A DNA stretch of 63,738 nt, filler included, from Octopus bimaculoides (taxonomy: Eukaryota): NCBI RefSeq assembly GCF_001194135.2. It is 8 parts of 8 records of this genome, joined end to end, with 100 filler letters (N's around TTAATTAATTAA, not from the genome) between each part and the next. Parts side by side here need not be neighbours in the genome. Positions count along the whole stretch, not along the records: positions 50,522 to 60,290 come from NC_068987.1; positions 60,391 to 62,396 come from NC_068983.1; positions 62,497 to 63,738 come from NC_068996.1; 5 more parts are not named here. One strand, given 5' to 3'. Positions 59,728 through 63,738 of the stretch are shown piece by piece; the stretch's first letter is position 1; each line of letters opens with the position of its first letter. The notes below the pieces were generated by a model. The model saw only the letters and a program-made list of their open reading frames with translations. It was not told the DNA's origin and ran no database searches. A program made the position numbers and the translations under genes.

Positions 59728-60114
59728 AATGACAGTGCAACAGGGTTTTAGCGAAAGAGTCTTTCTGGCAAAGTTTGAAAAATGCTGTTAATGTAGTTTC
59801 TCCTGGAGCTAGGGATTGCTGAGCAGCAGTTTCTGTAGTGAAATATATTCTTTACCCATTCTCTAAATGAACAGAGAGTTATTTCACTGGAGGATATCGT
59901 TCGTGAATAGAAAAGCCAAATGTTCTCCATAACGCCTCATTGCTGCAAATATACCTTCATCTTGAAATGTGTGTTGTTGAACATTGCATCAGAACCCTTA
60001 TTAAGATATTTACAAATGTACTTAATTGACTTTATCGAATTGCAATATTCAACATGTATGTGTGCTTTGAATGTCTTAGACAAAAGAAGGCAGTAAGGCA
60101 CTATCCATTGATAA
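59728..60114 (-). mobile_element. Helitron RepHel fragment (Rep C-terminal region), pseudogenised
   Basis: QWIVPYCLLLSKTFKAHIHVEYCNSIKSIKYICKYLNKGSD...ICSNEALWRTFGFSIHERYPPV..SVHLENG*RIYF...TTLTAFFKLCQKDSFAKTLL is the classic Helitron Rep signature; in-frame stops present. Confidence 0.9.
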
Positions 60115-60270
60115 TGGCTGTGTGGTAAGAAGCTTGCTTCCTAACCACATGGTTCCGAGTTCAGTCCCATTACGTAGTACCTTAAGCGGGTGTCTTCTAC
60201 TATAGCCTCGAGCCGACCAACGCCTTGTGAGTGGATTTGGTAGACGGAAACTGAAAGAAGCCCGTCGTAT
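60115..60270 (+). mobile_element. SINE family A 5' half running into (TA)n and a gap
   Basis: Near-identical to 35060-35220. Confidence 0.85.
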
Positions 60271-60390
60271 ATATATATATATATATATATNNNNNNNNNN
60301 NNNNNNNNNNNNNNNNNNNNNNNNNNNNNNNNNNTTAATTAATTAANNNNNNNNNNNNNNNNNNNNNNNNNNNNNNNNNNNNNNNNNNNN

Positions 60391-60450
<60 letters not shown>

Positions 60451-60854
60451 GGGAGGTAGAGATGTAGTATGTTCAGTATCCAACCACGAGAATCGATGCT
60501 AGATGGGTAGAAATAATTGTAGTGATCAATAAAGATTCTCGTATTTTCTATCTTCCATCTCTACTCGACGACTTACTTTCCGTCGATCAAATCATTTCGC
60601 ATGACTATAATTGCAAACCCCTACACAAGGTGCCCAGCAGGGTGACTGGACTCAAAACCATGCAGTTGGAAAGCAAACTACGCCTACACTTAATATGTTT
60701 GTTTGTGTAAAAGTATATAGCTGTAGGTAGATATAGCAACATGTTTAAAGATGCTGAATTGGAGAAACAGCGGCCTATTTGTTGAACTACAAACATATTT
60801 TCCATTTGAATATCATACTGTAACACCCAGAAATTAAATATATTTGGGCTAGAG

Positions 60855-61075
60855 GCTAGCAGTTCTGAAAGGAGTAGCTTCGTCGATTGTATCGAGCACA
60901 GAATATGATTGGTATTTTATTTTAACGACCCCGAAAGATAAAACGCAAATATGATCTCAATGGGGGATCAAACACAAATTTGACCTCAGTGAGACGTCAA
61001 ATGCAAATCTGACGTCAACATAAAGACCTGGAGTAGTTAGTTCAATGCATTTTGTCTGATTCTGCCAATTAATCG
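60855..61075 (-). mobile_element. Degenerate SINE family B copy with a ~27-bp insertion
   Basis: AATTTGACCTCAG [insert] AACATAAAGAC ... GATTCTGCCA aligns with the reverse-complemented head. Confidence 0.5.
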
Positions 61076-61684
61076 GCCTTTTACGAAATATAATTAATAA
61101 AAGGAGTTAACAGACTACAGGAATTTCTTAATTGAAAATAAAAAAAGAAATCAATATATAAAATGAAGTATAGATTGTGCAGAAAATATACGTAAACCTT
61201 CGAGGCATATCATGGAGTGACATAAATGCTAGCTAAATATTGCCAGAAAATACAGTATAGAAAAAATAAAGGGAGAAAAAGTAATGCATATGGTTTTTAT
61301 TAACCATTAAATTAACGGCATCTATATCTATAAAACTGAATATTCCCATAATCTAGGATGCATGCTCATTCTGCAAAACTTTACAATGGCTTCAGGATAT
61401 GGACTAATTTGTGTTTCCTCTCGTAAAATGGCAGCAAAGTGTCTGTATTCAATGAAACGAAAATTCAGCTCATCAGCTCTTCCAACCAGAAACCTTTCTT
61501 TGTTAATGGCGTATTAAACCAATTATTATTAGTGAAGATTACGAAATTTGTCACGGCACTCAATTGTTCTTCCTAAATGAATTTCGATAAGTAGCCACAC
61601 AGCTTACCAACGTGCCTTGCTATAATTTAGATAACGTCTCTATAGATTTGGCTTCAATTTAAAGACATTGTTATTAATAAAGCT

Positions 61685-61797
61685 TCATCATGATCATGAT
61701 CATCATCATCATCATCATCATCATCATCGTGATCATAATCATGATTATCAACATCATTATCATCATCAATGTTATGAGACCTTGTGCCTATTGAAGA

Positions 61798-61870
<73 letters not shown>

Positions 61871-62043
61871 TAACGAATAATAATAATAGAAATAATAATA
61901 ATAATAATTATTATTATTATCATTATTATTATTCTTATTATTAATATTGTTGTTATTCCTTCAAAATATATTGTGTGCCTAAATTGAAAGTAATGATGAT
62001 GATGATAATCATCATCATCTTCATCATCATCATCTTCCTCATC

Positions 62044-62083
<40 letters not shown>

Positions 62084-62120
62084 TCACCATCATCATCATC
62101 AGCATCAGCATCATCATTAT
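61685..62120. repeat. Compound (ATC)n/(AAT)n/(GAT)n microsatellite block
   Basis: Directly visible; source of the Asp/Ile-rich ORF 61654-62139. Confidence 0.95.
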
Positions 62121-62139
62121 TATTCAAGCCAGTGAACAA

Positions 62140-62318
62140 GCGTAATGGTAAGCAGTATTTCGTCTGCCGCTACGTTCTGAGTTCAAATTCTGCCGTGGTC
62201 GACTTTGCCTTTCATCACTTCTGGGGTGGATAAAATAAATACCAGTTAGCCACTGAGTTGATGTAATCTATTTACCCCCTCACTGAAAATTTCAGGCCTT
62301 GTCCTTATAATAGAAAGA

Positions 62319-62396
<78 letters not shown>
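62140..62396 (+). mobile_element. SINE family B copy with (TTA)n tail
   Basis: GTTCTGAGTTCAAATTCTGCCG..GTCGACTTTGCCTTTCATC...CAGGCCTTGT..TAGAAAGAATTATTATT. Confidence 0.8.
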
Positions 62397-62497
62397 NNNN
62401 NNNNNNNNNNNNNNNNNNNNNNNNNNNNNNNNNNNNNNNNTTAATTAATTAANNNNNNNNNNNNNNNNNNNNNNNNNNNNNNNNNNNNNNNNNNNNA

Positions 62498-62752
62498 AGG
62501 CACTTTATTTTGCATTGCTCCGATTCACTCAGCTGTAGAAATGGGTTGCGACGTCACAGGTGCCAAGCTGTATCAGCATTTGCCTTTCTCCTGGATAACA
62601 TCAGTGGCATGGAGAGGGGAGGCTGGTATGCATGGGTGACTGCTGGTCTTACATAAAAACAACTTTGCCCGGACTTGTGCCTCGGAGGGTAACTTTCTCG
62701 GTGCAATCCCATGGTTGCAATCCCATGGTCAATCATGACCGAAGGGGGTCTC
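62498..62752 (+). mobile_element. Probable SINE 3' portion (head lost in gap)
   Basis: Starts AAGGCACTTTATTTTGCATTGCTCC, like the central motif of family C; GC-rich body; single copy in the window. Confidence 0.5.
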
Positions 62753-63509
62753 AGTATGTATATGTATATGCATTCTAAGGATAATCGTATTGAATGCGCA
62801 AAACTGAAAGGAAATGCAAAGAAAATAAAACCCTTCAACACCATTATTACCATATAACGTCTGTTTTCCGTACTGGCACCAAGCTCCAATGACTGGCTAG
62901 GCATGGTTTCTAACACCAACTATTTTATGAGTGTATGCTTTTTACATGGCACTGATGCCAGTCAGTGAGGTCACCAAGTAACTAGCAAGGTAAAGACCTC
63001 TCAACTAAAGCGTGTGTAGTACTACATGTATCAATAATATTTTCAAATTTTTAATTTGTAACAGATTTTTAATTTGTAAAGATTGTAAAGATTGATGTTG
63101 TTAGTCACTCGCGGATACATTAATGGAGGTAAGCTAATAATAAATTTTCACCTCCATAAGAAACCAACCATGTAACAAATGTGTTTTTGTTGCTTTTCTG
63201 AAAAGATACAGGTCTCGACAGAATGCCAAATGACATGATTCTACTTTGCCTTTAACTGAGAAAAGACATTTGTGATAGCTGTATTCAAAACTGCAAGTCA
63301 TCAGATGGGCTTTCCAGTTTATTAACAAACAATGTGAAGTTATACTACTGAGTTTATTGCCATCGTCTACACACATATACAAGCAAACATCTACATACCC
63401 ATACATTCATACACACACACACACACACGTGCACGCACACACTCACAAAGACACACACACAAACACGCATACACACATACATTCTAACAGACACAACACA
63501 CATATATAT

Positions 63510-63542
<33 letters not shown>

Positions 63543-63696
63543 TACACACAATATATATACACACTCACACAGATACACAAACATATGCACATACACACAC
63601 GCATAGATATTTAGGAGACCCTGACACTACCCTCTTAAAGACTAAATAATGAATATAAAATATAAATACTTTTGTATATGTGAATGAGTGTGTGTG

Positions 63697-63738
<42 letters not shown>

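Noticed and set aside
61654-62139. 161-aa Asp/Ile-rich ORF
   Set aside because: Entirely (GAT)n/(ATT)n microsatellite.

Overview
AT-rich, repeat-dense eukaryotic (animal) genomic DNA with roughly 5 kb of N gaps. It has no operons, CRISPR arrays or rRNA, and no host protein-coding gene I can identify with confidence. The repeat inventory suggests a large-intron or intergenic region of a coleoid cephalopod such as Octopus (inference): RTE LINEs with (ATG)n tails, several tRNA-derived SINE families and very abundant di/trinucleotide microsatellites. Recognisable coding remnants are all decayed transposons: RTE LINEs (largest 5995-8099, covering the RT domain), Penelope-like elements (RT at 5195-5660 and 13947-14190, GIY-YIG at ~38100-38660), an R4/Dong-type 3' end in an (AAT)n tract, Tc1 and mariner transposases, a Helitron Rep fragment and a Helitron 3' terminus, and hAT, mariner and pogo-type MITEs. 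The main signal is a set of eight minimal type-I hammerhead-ribozyme-like motifs from about five unrelated sequence families. Several sit in Penelope-type terminal repeats, with covarying palindromic stem III and non-canonical cores. One pair lies in a TSD-flanked 125-bp inverted repeat. Several isolated splice-site, exon and promoter-motif candidates hint at a host gene but cannot be confirmed from sequence alone. Most ORFs in the supplied track are artefacts of microsatellites or N gaps. Family assignments come from motif recognition by eye, not database searches, and element boundaries are approximate.
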